A stretch of DNA of 64,000 nt from an uncultured virus (IMG/VR IMGVR_UViG_3300027793_000064) (lineage: Duplodnaviria; Heunggongvirae; Uroviricota; Caudoviricetes). Within the stretch, counting starts at the first letter, position 1; each line of letters starts with the position of its first letter. Shown here piece after piece: positions 46,666 through 57,263 of this stretch. The DNA is taken from the IMG/VR virus record IMGVR_UViG_3300027793_000064. One strand, given 5' to 3'. The notes below the pieces were generated by a model. That model was not told where the DNA came from. It saw only the letters and a program-made list of their open reading frames with translations, and did not search any database. Both the position numbers and the translations under genes were made by a program.

Positions 46666-47178
46666 TTAAATCCAATCGGGTTTTCGCTCTGGCATACGAA
46701 GATAATTGTCCTTCGCCCAAGGTTTAGATGCAATGTACATCTTGTAAGCAGTAAAAGTGTCAATGCTTGTGTCGAGTTTATACTCATCTGGCATCGCTCT
46801 AGTAAATGATTTTACTTCAGTGATCTTTCCTTTAGGAAAAAGGTAATAAGCATCAACCAATGTCTTATAACAAGAGTGAATTTTATTATACCTCAAAGTA
46901 TATTCATCACATAAGTTAAGTCCATGCTTAATCAACCAATAAGCATTATTGGCGTTTTCCATTGCCCACTTGGTGCAGGGATGGTTGCGGAAAGCTCCTT
47001 TGTCTGTTTTGTAAGGAGTCTCATCCGCTTTAAAAAGATGACCATATCCATGTCCCCATTTGTCAGAAGCAACAATAGAGAGCATTTGGCAGCACTCCAA
47101 AGGCATCTTGACAATGTGTTTATCTGGGAGGCAAATAGCACTCTCAGCTGGCCATGGAGATGTCACAAAGATGTTCAT
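46666..47178 (-). CDS. Pyrimidine-dimer DNA glycosylase/DenV-like protein
   Basis: MNIF...DKHIVKMPLECCQML, NHPCT.W, AMPD. Confidence 0.75.
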   Translation of the reverse strand: MNIFVTSPWPAESAICLPDKHIVKMPLECCQMLSIVASDKWGHGYGHLFKADETPYKTDKGAFRNHPCTKWAMENANNAYWLIKHGLNLCDEYTLRYNKIHSCYKTLVDAYYLFPKGKITEVKSFTRAMPDEYKLDTSIDTFTAYKMYIASKPWAKDNYLRMPERKPDWI

Positions 47179-47198
47179 AATAAAAAAAAAGAAATCAA

Positions 47199-47867
47199 TT
47201 AATCATTAAAAACAGAATCAGGCTCAAGTGCAATATGATACTTAAGTTTCCTTGATTTACTATCAAACCTAGCTAGAAGTCGCTTAGAAATTGTAACATC
47301 ATAAGATCCTGGAACAATTTTAATGTTTTCTACTTTGAAATTCATAGTGAACTCATTTTCAGTTTCACCAACAATAATAGAAAATTCATTTGATGTGTCA
47401 TTCTTTTTATCCCTGACCACCATACTAATAACACCGTTTTCGCCAACAGCTGCCAAATCCGGAAGCTGATAGATATTTGATGCTTTAAGTAGTTTTTCTA
47501 GCTGAGAGTGATCCAATTGAAACTGGATATCATCACTTGGAACTACAATTTCCTTTTCTGGTGGAGAAACAATCACAGAAGGATCAGCAAAAAAGTATTT
47601 TACTTTACGCTTACCTTCACGGATCGTAAGATATGAATCATTAGAAAAATCTAATTCTGGATTGTCATGTAATCCAATACCATTCAGAAATTGATTCAGA
47701 TCGTAAATAGCGAAGTTTTTTGGGAATTCTTCTTGTACTGTTGCCTCGGCAAGAACATTCTTCATCACCGACATTGTTTTCAGTACATTTCCTTCTTTAA
47801 CAAAAATAGATTGATTAATAGAAGCGAAATTTTTAAGAATAATCAGGGTATCACTGGAAAGATTCAT
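47199..47867 (-). CDS. gp45: Sliding clamp (gp45)
   Basis: LKNFASINQS, FAIYDLNQFL. Confidence 0.95.
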   Translation of the reverse strand: MNLSSDTLIILKNFASINQSIFVKEGNVLKTMSVMKNVLAEATVQEEFPKNFAIYDLNQFLNGIGLHDNPELDFSNDSYLTIREGKRKVKYFFADPSVIVSPPEKEIVVPSDDIQFQLDHSQLEKLLKASNIYQLPDLAAVGENGVISMVVRDKKNDTSNEFSIIVGETENEFTMNFKVENIKIVPGSYDVTISKRLLARFDSKSRKLKYHIALEPDSVFND

Positions 47868-48259
47868 TTGTTTTCAATAAGATTCAGGTGGTTAATTAGG
47901 AGAATAGTATAGTGCAAGACTTTAAACAGATCTGCGCGAGGGGTTCCCTTTGTGTCGTACCGATCAATATATTTTGTTACATTACCTGCACAAAATCCTT
48001 CACGACGATTGTGCTTGATTTTGTCTAGAGTTTGTTCCGTCCCACCACCAGTTCGGTCAACATAATGTTGACTATATGTGCTAGAAATATATTGCTCTAA
48101 TTGCTTTAGGATCTTGTCTTCATTGTATTTCCAAAATCCATTGGAATTAGTTTGATCATTCATGAGTAAAATGGTCTTTTCAAGGTTAATTGTGTCATCA
48201 GCATTTACCGAAAATTTATACTGATGTTGTAAATTTCTTTCGTCTTCCGGCCCAAACAT
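47864..48259 (-). CDS. DUF3310-like protein
   Basis: GFCAGNVTKYIDRY..KG...DLFK..HY. Confidence 0.7.
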   Translation of the reverse strand: MFGPEDERNLQHQYKFSVNADDTINLEKTILLMNDQTNSNGFWKYNEDKILKQLEQYISSTYSQHYVDRTGGGTEQTLDKIKHNRREGFCAGNVTKYIDRYDTKGTPRADLFKVLHYTILLINHLNLIENK

Positions 48260-48284
48260 AATAATATATCAAATTACAATAATA

Positions 48285-49397
48285 TCATGCTTCTTCTGAT
48301 TTGTCAATCTGCTGATCTTCATCTTTATTAAATTCTTCATCAATTTTATCATATAGTTCAATGAAAGAAGACTTTGTGTCATCATCAAATCGTGCAATTG
48401 ATAGTTTAATAGCTTTTGCTTTGTTTTTGAAAATTGCATATGCCTTTAGTAGATGAATCAAACGACGAGTAGAAATCAATTCATCAATGCCGCCATCATA
48501 AAATGTCTTGCGAATTGTATCACTCCAATTTACCAGTTTTTTAATAAACTCGTCTTCTCCCTCAAGTCCGATAGATTTTGCTAGTTTAGTCAGAATTTTA
48601 ATTTCAATGGAATTTGCAGGATAATTTTGCTCAAATGTGACACTGAACCTTTCTAAGAATGCTTCATTAAGTACATTAGTGCCAATAAATCGTCCATCAT
48701 CAGATCCTTTTCCTTTTGTATTGGCAGTTGCAATGATATTAAATCCTGGTTTCGGGTAGATGACTTTACCAATTTTTTTAAGAAATAGTGGTTTCCCTTC
48801 TAGAACAGATTGTAAGACCATGATCTTATTCGATGCCAAATCGCATTCATCAAGAAGAAGAATGGCACCTCGCTCCATCGCCTCTACTACTGGGCCATTA
48901 TGCCAAACTGTGTCACCATTCTGTAGTCGAAACCCACCAATAAGATCATCGGAGTCAGTTTCGACAGTAACATTAAAACGAATCAACTCACGCTTCAATT
49001 GTGCACAAGCTTGCTCCACACACATTGTTTTTCCATTACCAGAAAGACCAGTAATAAAAACTGGATAAAAAATTCCAGAAGAGATAATTTTTTTAACATC
49101 AGAAAAACAACCAAAAGAAACAAATCCAGAATCTTTTTCTGGAACTAGATCTTTTTCCGTGTCTGGAATCACAGAAGGAGCATTATATGAATTTTCAATT
49201 GCAGCGACTGCTTCTGTTGTCACTTCAAGATTCCACTTACCATGGCCAGTTTTATATCCATCTAAACGACGAGTTACAGTCGGATAAGAAACATTTTTCA
49301 TAGCACAATAAGCACGAACATCAGCAGAAGTGATATTGGCACCAAACATGTCCATTAGATCGGAGATGATGTTTTGTTCTGTCATTTTTTTGTACAT
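48285..49397 (-). CDS. cobS: CobS/MoxR-like AAA+ ATPase
   Basis: GLSGNGKT, LLDECD, TANTKG, FLERF. Confidence 0.9.
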   Translation of the reverse strand: MYKKMTEQNIISDLMDMFGANITSADVRAYCAMKNVSYPTVTRRLDGYKTGHGKWNLEVTTEAVAAIENSYNAPSVIPDTEKDLVPEKDSGFVSFGCFSDVKKIISSGIFYPVFITGLSGNGKTMCVEQACAQLKRELIRFNVTVETDSDDLIGGFRLQNGDTVWHNGPVVEAMERGAILLLDECDLASNKIMVLQSVLEGKPLFLKKIGKVIYPKPGFNIIATANTKGKGSDDGRFIGTNVLNEAFLERFSVTFEQNYPANSIEIKILTKLAKSIGLEGEDEFIKKLVNWSDTIRKTFYDGGIDELISTRRLIHLLKAYAIFKNKAKAIKLSIARFDDDTKSSFIELYDKIDEEFNKDEDQQIDKSEEA

Positions 49398-49475
49398 GGT
49401 CTGAGGGATGAACAGATATATTATACCAGGCCCAAAGACACTATGTGCTCATGATGGGCCAGTTTAAAAATTGGT

Positions 49476-51587
49476 CTACGCAATAAGATCTATAAATTGC
49501 GATAGAATCTTCTTATTCATTTTTTTAGACTGTAATGATTTTTTAAATGCATTTCTAATATCAGTAACAGATGATGATTCCTCAACATTAAAATCGCTAG
49601 AACTATTCAGGGCACCAGAATATATCCCAAAATACGAATCATATCCAGTACATTTAAGCATACATGATTTGTTCTTTTTCCATTCCTCCATAATTTTATT
49701 ATAAGAATCAGAATAATTATTATTCTCTAAATGACCACGAACAAAGCCTGTTATTTCTCCACCACTAAGAAGTCGAATTCCAATAAAATTGACATGAGGA
49801 TATACATCTTTAAGATGTCGTAAAAGCACATCACTGAATCTATGCGTTGCATAATAAGAATATTTTGGAAACCTATATGTTGTTTTTAGTTTATCGTCCT
49901 TCAAGAAACAATTGTCTCCGATTGGCAACACACCAGAACTAGTACATCTAGGCAATGCACTTGCTTCGCCATCTGTTAAGATGACACATTGAATTTTTTG
50001 TACTTTAGTTTTCTTTTGAAATTCTGGGATGATGTGATGTAAAGTTACTAATGATTCATTCAATGGGGTACCAGAAAGATTCAATTGATTTGGACAAGAG
50101 TAAGAACAAATTCTACTTTTGTTATAGTATGCTAAACGATACAAGTTTTTCATGTGAATGTCCAAGGTAGAAGAATTTACCTTACTCGAAATCACATTGA
50201 GCAAATTGAAACCACCATCAATAGAAATCGAATTATTGTCTGATTGACTATTTTTCCCATAAGAATATGACCAATTATTAGTAAATGCATAGACTTCAAA
50301 TGGAATAGAAACTTTTTTACAGAACCAAACCAGATTGAATAGTTGGCGACATGTATCTAGAATTACTGTATCCATTGAGCCGGACCAATCTAAAATAAAA
50401 ATCAGCCCATGATTTTTTCCATCAGCAACTGTAATAATTTTTTTAAAAATATCATCGTTAAATTTATAAGAGGGTAGAGAACTACAATCTAAAATACCAG
50501 TTTTAGACTCTGAAGAACGAGCATATGACTCTGCTGCTTTTTTGCATTCAAATTCTTTGACCAAATAATTTACTTCTTTTTTAGCGGACGATTTAAATGA
50601 CGAATAATCAGAATCAACTAAAAAGAAATCTTCTTGGCTATTATGCGTATTCCAATAGCGTTTACATAGAGAATGTATAGATTTAGTATCAACAATAATT
50701 TTGTCCAAATCTAATTTTGGAATACGGACATAATTAATTTGTTCCGTTTTTGACGCTGACAATTTGTTAATTGCCTTTTCAAATGAGGAAAATGTTTTTA
50801 CATAATCTGAATTAGATGCCGGATCGTAGTCATCTGCATTTTTCTTTTGTTCATCTAATTTTTGTCCATTATCAGTAGAATTTTGTGAATTATTGCCTTC
50901 TACATTTTGTTCTTTATCTGATTGTCCATTATTGTTTTTATTGTAATTTTCTTCTGGTTGCTGATTGGTGGCAATTTGTTGTTCAGAACTAATTCCAGAA
51001 CCAGATTCAAATGAAATAGAATCAATAGTCTTCTGCTGTTCTACATCTTTACAATATTCATATAATTTTTCTGCGCAGCGAACTGCATCTATAAATGTTT
51101 CTGCTGCTCCAATCTCATCGAGAATAACTTTTTCCTCATCATCAAAATCAATACCAATGAAGTTACCGATTTTAAAATAGAGATTAATCCTATCCGCTAA
51201 ATTATACTTGCTAATATCTTCCCCACTAATGGCAAAAAAATCTTCTTCATGCAATTCTTTATATCCACCAAAAAATGTCTTTTTAAGTCCAGGGTAACGA
51301 CGCTTCATCAATTTCTCGATTCTAACATCTTCTGTCACATTTAGAAACTGCATAGGAACACTAGTGAGTTCCGTCCAATCTTGATTTGGAGTGTAAATTG
51401 CATGTGCTGATTCGTGACTCAAAAGTAACTGATATACGATATCAGATGCCTTCTCCCAAATAGGAAGAGTAAGAGTCCTAGTTTCTACATTAAAGCAGGC
51501 AGTATCAACATTTGAATGTTCAATATTAAGATTTTCAGTTGAAAGAAGGCGAGCCAGATTTCCGTGAATTTCGTGGTTGTGCCGCAT
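49476..51587 (-). CDS. CobT-like VWA-domain protein with N-terminal HExxH domain
   Basis: HESAH, MIDAS DWSGS, GTPL, LTDGE. Confidence 0.85.
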   Translation of the reverse strand: MRHNHEIHGNLARLLSTENLNIEHSNVDTACFNVETRTLTLPIWEKASDIVYQLLLSHESAHAIYTPNQDWTELTSVPMQFLNVTEDVRIEKLMKRRYPGLKKTFFGGYKELHEEDFFAISGEDISKYNLADRINLYFKIGNFIGIDFDDEEKVILDEIGAAETFIDAVRCAEKLYEYCKDVEQQKTIDSISFESGSGISSEQQIATNQQPEENYNKNNNGQSDKEQNVEGNNSQNSTDNGQKLDEQKKNADDYDPASNSDYVKTFSSFEKAINKLSASKTEQINYVRIPKLDLDKIIVDTKSIHSLCKRYWNTHNSQEDFFLVDSDYSSFKSSAKKEVNYLVKEFECKKAAESYARSSESKTGILDCSSLPSYKFNDDIFKKIITVADGKNHGLIFILDWSGSMDTVILDTCRQLFNLVWFCKKVSIPFEVYAFTNNWSYSYGKNSQSDNNSISIDGGFNLLNVISSKVNSSTLDIHMKNLYRLAYYNKSRICSYSCPNQLNLSGTPLNESLVTLHHIIPEFQKKTKVQKIQCVILTDGEASALPRCTSSGVLPIGDNCFLKDDKLKTTYRFPKYSYYATHRFSDVLLRHLKDVYPHVNFIGIRLLSGGEITGFVRGHLENNNYSDSYNKIMEEWKKNKSCMLKCTGYDSYFGIYSGALNSSSDFNVEESSSVTDIRNAFKKSLQSKKMNKKILSQFIDLIA

Positions 51588-51663
51588 GAGGAGAAATTTG
51601 AACTTCTATAATTATACACAAAAAAACCACCTAATGGTGGCCAAGTAGACAGTATTCTATCTG

Positions 51664-53379
51664 TCACACTGTTTGCAGAATAGAAAAATTTCCTCTCTTT
51701 TCAAATTCTATAATACTGTCAAATTTATCTTGGACCCCATCTTTATGAGAGATCACAAATATATTAAAATCCTTCACTACATATCTAATAATTTTTAGAA
51801 AGTCATCAATACCAGAAGAATCCAAAGAAGAGTCGAATATCTCATCTAAAATTAATAAATTAACATTTGTCGAATTCTTTATTTTGGCTAATTCTCTCCA
51901 AGAAAAAAGAAGAGCTAAATTGATTCTTTGTTTTTGTCCCTCCGAGAAACTACCATAACTAAAATCTTCGTATATTGGTGTTTTTATGTGTTCATTAAAT
52001 TCTTCATCCAAATTGAAGTTGATATAAAAATCCATCATTTGAAGATACTTATTCACATTTTGATTAATTAATGGAAGATATTTTTTAATTATTTTTGACT
52101 TAACTCCATTATCTTTTAGTAAAGAGTGGATACATTCATAGTATTGAATTTTTTCTTTTTTATCTACAAATTGATTTTTTATATCCAGAAGGCTTACTTC
52201 GAGAATTTTTAGTTTATCGTGTTCTATATTTTTATTTTTTATCTTTTCTTGAATTTTTTGTATCTCCAATTCAAGTTCTTTGATTTGATTTTTGGATTGC
52301 TGAACTTTAAGATTATTATTCGATATTTTATGGTTAGTATCTAGTAATTCCTTTGATATACTTGCGAATTGAGTTTCTCGCTCCTCCTCTTCCCTGATCG
52401 TATCTTTCAATTTTTCATACGCATCTTCCAATTCTTTTATAGAGGACTCATACTCAGAACATTTTTTAAGTTTCAACTCGGAATCTATGTGTTGTGTGCA
52501 TGTAGGACAGATTGAATTATCAAGAAAGAAATCACGATCATCAACAACTGTGGATAACTTTTGAGATAACTTCCCCTTCAAAGTTCCCAACTTTTTCAGC
52601 TTATTTGGACTTTCATTAAGAGAAGTCAAACTAGAATTCAATTCTTCCGTCTTCTTCAATAAAATTCTATTCTCTTCATCCGTATCTCTAAAAAATACAT
52701 TTAATTTTTGTATTTTTTGTCTTCTCTGTTCAATTTGGAAATTACTTTCTTTTTCTATTTCTTCTATGAAGTTAGATTGCATCTTCACTTTGTCAGACAA
52801 AGAGTCCTTCTTTATCTCCAATAATTTAACTTCGTCTTTTATAGTTTTTATTTTATCCTTTACGACAATATTCATTGAAGAAAATATTTTAATGTCCAAT
52901 AAGTCTTCAATGACCTCTCGTCTACTCGCTGCAGTAAGTTGCATAAACGGAACAAAGTTACTATTTCCCAATATAACAATTTGAGTAAAAGACTTATAAT
53001 TCATCTTTAAGACTGTCTGCTCAAACCATTTTTGCTGATCAATAGCAGAAGAACTCTGGTCTAATAAACTGTCATTTTTATAGATTTCAAATATAGTAGG
53101 TTTTTGTCCCCTTCTTACTTTCCAATCAATATTACCAATTGAGAATTCTATTTCTACCAAGCAATCTTTTTCATTTACTGAATTAATTAATTGCGGCTTA
53201 TTAATAGGACGATATGACTTATTAAACAAAGCATATGTAATTGCGTCCATGAAGGAACTTTTTCCACTTCCATTTTTTCCAATAATACAAGTATTGTGAT
53301 GTGTATCTAAACTTATTTCAGTGAATTTATTTCCAAAAGAAAGAAAGTTCTTAAATCTTACTTTTTTAAAAGTTATCAT
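51664..53379 (-). CDS. gp46: Recombination endonuclease subunit (gp46, Rad50-like)
   Basis: GKNGSGKS, CPTC hook, FSEGQ, LDEIFD. Confidence 0.95.
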   Translation of the reverse strand: MITFKKVRFKNFLSFGNKFTEISLDTHHNTCIIGKNGSGKSSFMDAITYALFNKSYRPINKPQLINSVNEKDCLVEIEFSIGNIDWKVRRGQKPTIFEIYKNDSLLDQSSSAIDQQKWFEQTVLKMNYKSFTQIVILGNSNFVPFMQLTAASRREVIEDLLDIKIFSSMNIVVKDKIKTIKDEVKLLEIKKDSLSDKVKMQSNFIEEIEKESNFQIEQRRQKIQKLNVFFRDTDEENRILLKKTEELNSSLTSLNESPNKLKKLGTLKGKLSQKLSTVVDDRDFFLDNSICPTCTQHIDSELKLKKCSEYESSIKELEDAYEKLKDTIREEEERETQFASISKELLDTNHKISNNNLKVQQSKNQIKELELEIQKIQEKIKNKNIEHDKLKILEVSLLDIKNQFVDKKEKIQYYECIHSLLKDNGVKSKIIKKYLPLINQNVNKYLQMMDFYINFNLDEEFNEHIKTPIYEDFSYGSFSEGQKQRINLALLFSWRELAKIKNSTNVNLLILDEIFDSSLDSSGIDDFLKIIRYVVKDFNIFVISHKDGVQDKFDSIIEFEKRGNFSILQTV

Positions 53380-53638
53380 AATGTATTTTTGGTGGAACTA
53401 CGATATCATTAGGGGTTATAACAGCATATAAATTACCAGTAACTTCACATGTTTTTATGAGTATATCATCATCATATTCAATTACATGAGTTTCTGGCAT
53501 ACCCTGCTCTTCTAGCATTATTGCATATCTGACGGCATCATCTTCCTCCTGAAAAAAGAAAATTACTTTTTTTCCATCTTGATTTAGTACTGAATATGCA
53601 CCTTCATCTTCTTTTCCATCAAGAGTTATCAAAAACAT
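53366..53638 (-). CDS. Hypothetical protein
   Basis: ORF between gp47 and gp46; EDDAVRYA. Confidence 0.8.
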   Translation of the reverse strand: MFLITLDGKEDEGAYSVLNQDGKKVIFFFQEEDDAVRYAIMLEEQGMPETHVIEYDDDILIKTCEVTGNLYAVITPNDIVVPPKIHYDNF

Positions 53639-54675
53639 TATACTAACTCACATGCCTCCGAATATGTCTCTTTTAAAATATTTTTTAACATATTTTTATT
53701 CAATGTGGAATCACTTTCTTCTACAAATTTTTGAAGTAGAGAAAAAGTATCTTCATTCTCTAACGAAATGTCCAAATCTTGATCATCAAAAAACGAATAA
53801 TTTTCTATAATTTTTAATTCTGCAATATTAGCGTTATATAACTTATCAACGAAATCTTCAAATAATTTAACTTTGGTTTTTTTTCTAACTACAAGTTTTA
53901 CTATTTTATTTTCTAATTCGGTCACATTTAATAATTGATTTGGTGTATCATCGTAATAAAGATTGTAGTGCATTTTATATGGATTATCGACATAAAAATG
54001 CTCTAAACTTTCAGTGTCAAATATTACAAATCCTCTAGTTTCATCTATATCATTAAAGTATATTTCATATGGATTTCCCATATAGAATATCGTTCCATTG
54101 TCAGATCTATTATGGAAATGGCCAGAAAATACTTTTTTAAAATTATTGAATATTTTAGGATCTCTACCATCCTCCATAGTATGTCCTTTATGTGCTTCAA
54201 ATCCGTTTAATTCTAAATGTCCCATTACAACATTAGAACTTGTTCTTTTCAATAATTTGTAAGTATCATGTTCATTTTCTTGATTAATCCAAGGAACAAA
54301 AACCAAATCAAGACCACCAATATTTACTTCCGTTGGTTCTGAATATACTTGTATATTTGGATATTCTTGGAGCAACAGATCTGGTGAATTTATTCTATTA
54401 GTGGATTTAAAATATACATCGTGATTTCCACTTATCAAATGTACTTTATATTTTGAGAGTGGATCTAATACTACTCGTTTTGTCCATTCTAAACCAAAAA
54501 AATCTATAGACTTTCTATTGTCAAATGCATCTCCCAAATGAATGACAGTATCAATTTTTAGTTCTTCTAATTTAGGAAAGAAAATATTTTTATAAAAAAG
54601 TTCAAAATAATCTTGAAAGAGTTTTGATGACTTTCTTGCGGACCAATGGGTGTCTGTAAGCAATGCAACGAGCAT
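53638..54675 (-). CDS. gp47: Recombination endonuclease subunit (gp47, Mre11-like)
   Basis: DTH, GDAFD, GNHD, SGHFH. Confidence 0.95.
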   Translation of the reverse strand: MLVALLTDTHWSARKSSKLFQDYFELFYKNIFFPKLEELKIDTVIHLGDAFDNRKSIDFFGLEWTKRVVLDPLSKYKVHLISGNHDVYFKSTNRINSPDLLLQEYPNIQVYSEPTEVNIGGLDLVFVPWINQENEHDTYKLLKRTSSNVVMGHLELNGFEAHKGHTMEDGRDPKIFNNFKKVFSGHFHNRSDNGTIFYMGNPYEIYFNDIDETRGFVIFDTESLEHFYVDNPYKMHYNLYYDDTPNQLLNVTELENKIVKLVVRKKTKVKLFEDFVDKLYNANIAELKIIENYSFFDDQDLDISLENEDTFSLLQKFVEESDSTLNKNMLKNILKETYSEACELV

Positions 54676-54679
54676 TATG

Positions 54680-55177
54680 TCAATTCCTTAATTTACTGTG
54701 AACTGCATCTTTAATACTATTATAGTCGGAATAGTTTCCTCCGTCAAGTGTGTTGTCATCAACAAACACTTCATCAAACCCAGATCTTTCCAGTATTTTT
54801 CCCTTAATTTCTAATTGCCTTTTTTCTTTGGTTATTCTTCGTATAAAAGCATAGTGAATTACCTGAGTAAAATAAGCAAAAGGATTTGTTGATTTTTGGG
54901 GATCAAAATTTAAAATATATTGAACGCAATTTTCAATTCCGTCAGAAATCATATCTTCTTTGAACATATAATTGACAAAATTTGGTTTAAATGACAAATG
55001 CGTCGCTATCTTTAAAAAACATTCTCCTATGTAATTTGGAATTACTGGCTGCGGTAAATCTTTATCTTTTGCAATTTTAACCAAATGCCGATAATCGATC
55101 AGGGCAGCCAAGAACTCTTTATTATTAACATAGTGAACACTACGCTTTCTTTTAGTCATGACGGCTGTTGTAATCAT
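54680..55177 (-). CDS. gp55: Late transcription sigma factor (gp55)
   Basis: HYVNNKEF, NPFAYFTQ..YAF.RRI. Confidence 0.95.
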   Translation of the reverse strand: MITTAVMTKRKRSVHYVNNKEFLAALIDYRHLVKIAKDKDLPQPVIPNYIGECFLKIATHLSFKPNFVNYMFKEDMISDGIENCVQYILNFDPQKSTNPFAYFTQVIHYAFIRRITKEKRQLEIKGKILERSGFDEVFVDDNTLDGGNYSDYNSIKDAVHSKLRN

Positions 55178-55237
55178 AATACCTTACAAATAATATATAT
55201 TGATATTATAACACAAAGAAATTGATTTGACAAGGGG

Positions 55238-55266
55238 TTGACACGCCCATCAAAAGTGAGTATAAT
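55238..55266 (+). promoter_or_regulatory. Perfect sigma70 promoter, plus strand, with no downstream ORF
   Basis: TTGACA-N17-TATAAT. Confidence 0.75.
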
Positions 55267-55389
55267 CAGCTTTGTCAGCGATGAAACTCATTTTATTACT
55301 TAATAATACTAGATACATTAATAAACAATAAAGATAAACATATAGGTAATTTCCGAAGGAAATGTTCCCGAAGGGAACTAATAAAGTAC

Positions 55390-55791
55390 TTAATAATCCT
55401 TAAATAACTTTTCTAATGATTTTTTTGCTTCTTCTATATTTGAAATATATCCCATTTCTTTAGTAAGTTCAAAATGGTTCATTCCAAAATTTGAATTGTT
55501 CTTTTCTTTTTGTTTGACAAATTTATCATATACTGATATGATTTCTAAATCACTTGTTTCCGTCATCGTCATGATATTTTTCATATCAATAATAAAAATA
55601 TCATCTTTTGTTGTTTTCATCCATGGCTCTACTTTATAAGCAAATCCATATCTAGTTTTTACTTCAGTGATAATTATTGGATCGCAAACCAATAATACCA
55701 AATTTCCATGTTCCTCAGAAGAAATAACCTTTGCAAATATCTCTTCTCCACTTATCAATTTTAAACTTGCATAAAAATCTTCTTCCATCAT
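55390..55791 (-). CDS. Conserved hypothetical protein
   Basis: KLISGEEIFA; follows uvsW. Confidence 0.8.
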   Translation of the reverse strand: MMEEDFYASLKLISGEEIFAKVISSEEHGNLVLLVCDPIIITEVKTRYGFAYKVEPWMKTTKDDIFIIDMKNIMTMTETSDLEIISVYDKFVKQKEKNNSNFGMNHFELTKEMGYISNIEEAKKSLEKLFKDY

Positions 55792-57263
55792 TTGTTTAAA
55801 TTTACTGGTATAATTTCGTAATTGAATTCCTCTTCATTATATAATTTTATTCTTTCTATAAAGTGATTTAAGGTGTAATTTTTTTTATTTTTATAAGTAC
55901 AGTCATCAGAAATATCGTACAATATTGCTTTATCTTTGTTTTTTCCCTTTCTCAGTACTCTTCCTATGCTCTGTAAATTTCTGATTTTCGATTTACTTGG
56001 AGAAGCAAATATAACATTATGTAAATTTCTGATAGATATTCCAGTACTAAAAACTCCATAACTTGCAACTATAATTGCATTTGACTCTCTTTCAGTTATT
56101 TCTCGTACTTCTTCCCTTTGGTTAACATCTACTCCTCCATGAACAAAAAATATTTTTCTGTTCTTTTCGCTGTTACTATTTATTAATTCGTATAATGGCT
56201 TACCATGTGTATCTACTCTAGAAAATAACACTAAGGTATTTCCTTTTAAATCTAGAGCAAGGTTTTTTATGAAGTTGTTTCTTTTTTCGTTTGATATTAA
56301 AAATTGAATTTCATCTTCGTATTTATCGAATTGTTGTGATGTATGTTTCAATATCAAACAATGAATATCTAATTGGGATGCTCTTCCCTTTTCAATCATT
56401 TCTTTTGTGTTGATTGTTTTGTATGTTGGACCAAAAAGCCCTGATATTACCCATTCGTGTGTCTGTGAGTCTTTTCCTCCATTTGAAAGAGTACCAGTAA
56501 AACCAAATCTATACTTTGCATGATGGCATTTTTTCATAATATCAATTAAAGATTTTGATTTTGCTTGATGGCTTTCGTCAACTATCACGCAATCAAATTC
56601 TTCAAAAAACGATTTCTCCATTTTAAAAATAGATTGCCAAGTCGAAAGAGTGACTGGAAGATCTGTATTTTTTTCTCTTCCTGAATATATCATGTGGCAA
56701 TTATTCTCTGGACTCCACCCATACTCAGAAAAATCTTTATGCATTTGATGAATCAAAGAAGTAGTAGGAAAAATAATCAGGGTTTTCAGACCCTTATTTG
56801 TGTAATATCTTGCTAGTGCATAAATGATTAAAGATTTTCCAGAAGCAGTTGGAGAAATGATAGTTTTCCTATTGTATCTAAGGCACTCATAAACTGCATT
56901 TATTTGATAGTCGTATGGCTCATATGAACATATTGCATTCATATAGCCTTTTACCCCATCCAGTGAAATCTCTTCGTTTATCTCAAAAGGAAGTCCATAA
57001 TATTTGTTTTCTTTAAATTCGTATGTATAATTATGTGACTTTATTTTTGCTATTACTTTATCTAGAAGTCCAGCATATATTTCTCCAGTAGAAACCGACA
57101 ATAGATGAATCGTTCCATCCCACCCAGTTTTTCTAAACTGAGGCATAAATTTTGCGCTATCTACTTCAAATGTAAAATGTGGTTGAAGTTCATATAAAAT
57201 ATGGGGTTCGCATTGTAATTTAATAAAAACTTCATTTTTCTTTATAATTGTTATGTCAGCCAT
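55788..57263 (-). CDS. uvsW: SF2 helicase UvsW
   Basis: PTASGKS, DESH, TGT, QSIGRVLR. Confidence 0.95.
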   Translation of the reverse strand: MADITIIKKNEVFIKLQCEPHILYELQPHFTFEVDSAKFMPQFRKTGWDGTIHLLSVSTGEIYAGLLDKVIAKIKSHNYTYEFKENKYYGLPFEINEEISLDGVKGYMNAICSYEPYDYQINAVYECLRYNRKTIISPTASGKSLIIYALARYYTNKGLKTLIIFPTTSLIHQMHKDFSEYGWSPENNCHMIYSGREKNTDLPVTLSTWQSIFKMEKSFFEEFDCVIVDESHQAKSKSLIDIMKKCHHAKYRFGFTGTLSNGGKDSQTHEWVISGLFGPTYKTINTKEMIEKGRASQLDIHCLILKHTSQQFDKYEDEIQFLISNEKRNNFIKNLALDLKGNTLVLFSRVDTHGKPLYELINSNSEKNRKIFFVHGGVDVNQREEVREITERESNAIIVASYGVFSTGISIRNLHNVIFASPSKSKIRNLQSIGRVLRKGKNKDKAILYDISDDCTYKNKKNYTLNHFIERIKLYNEEEFNYEIIPVNLNK

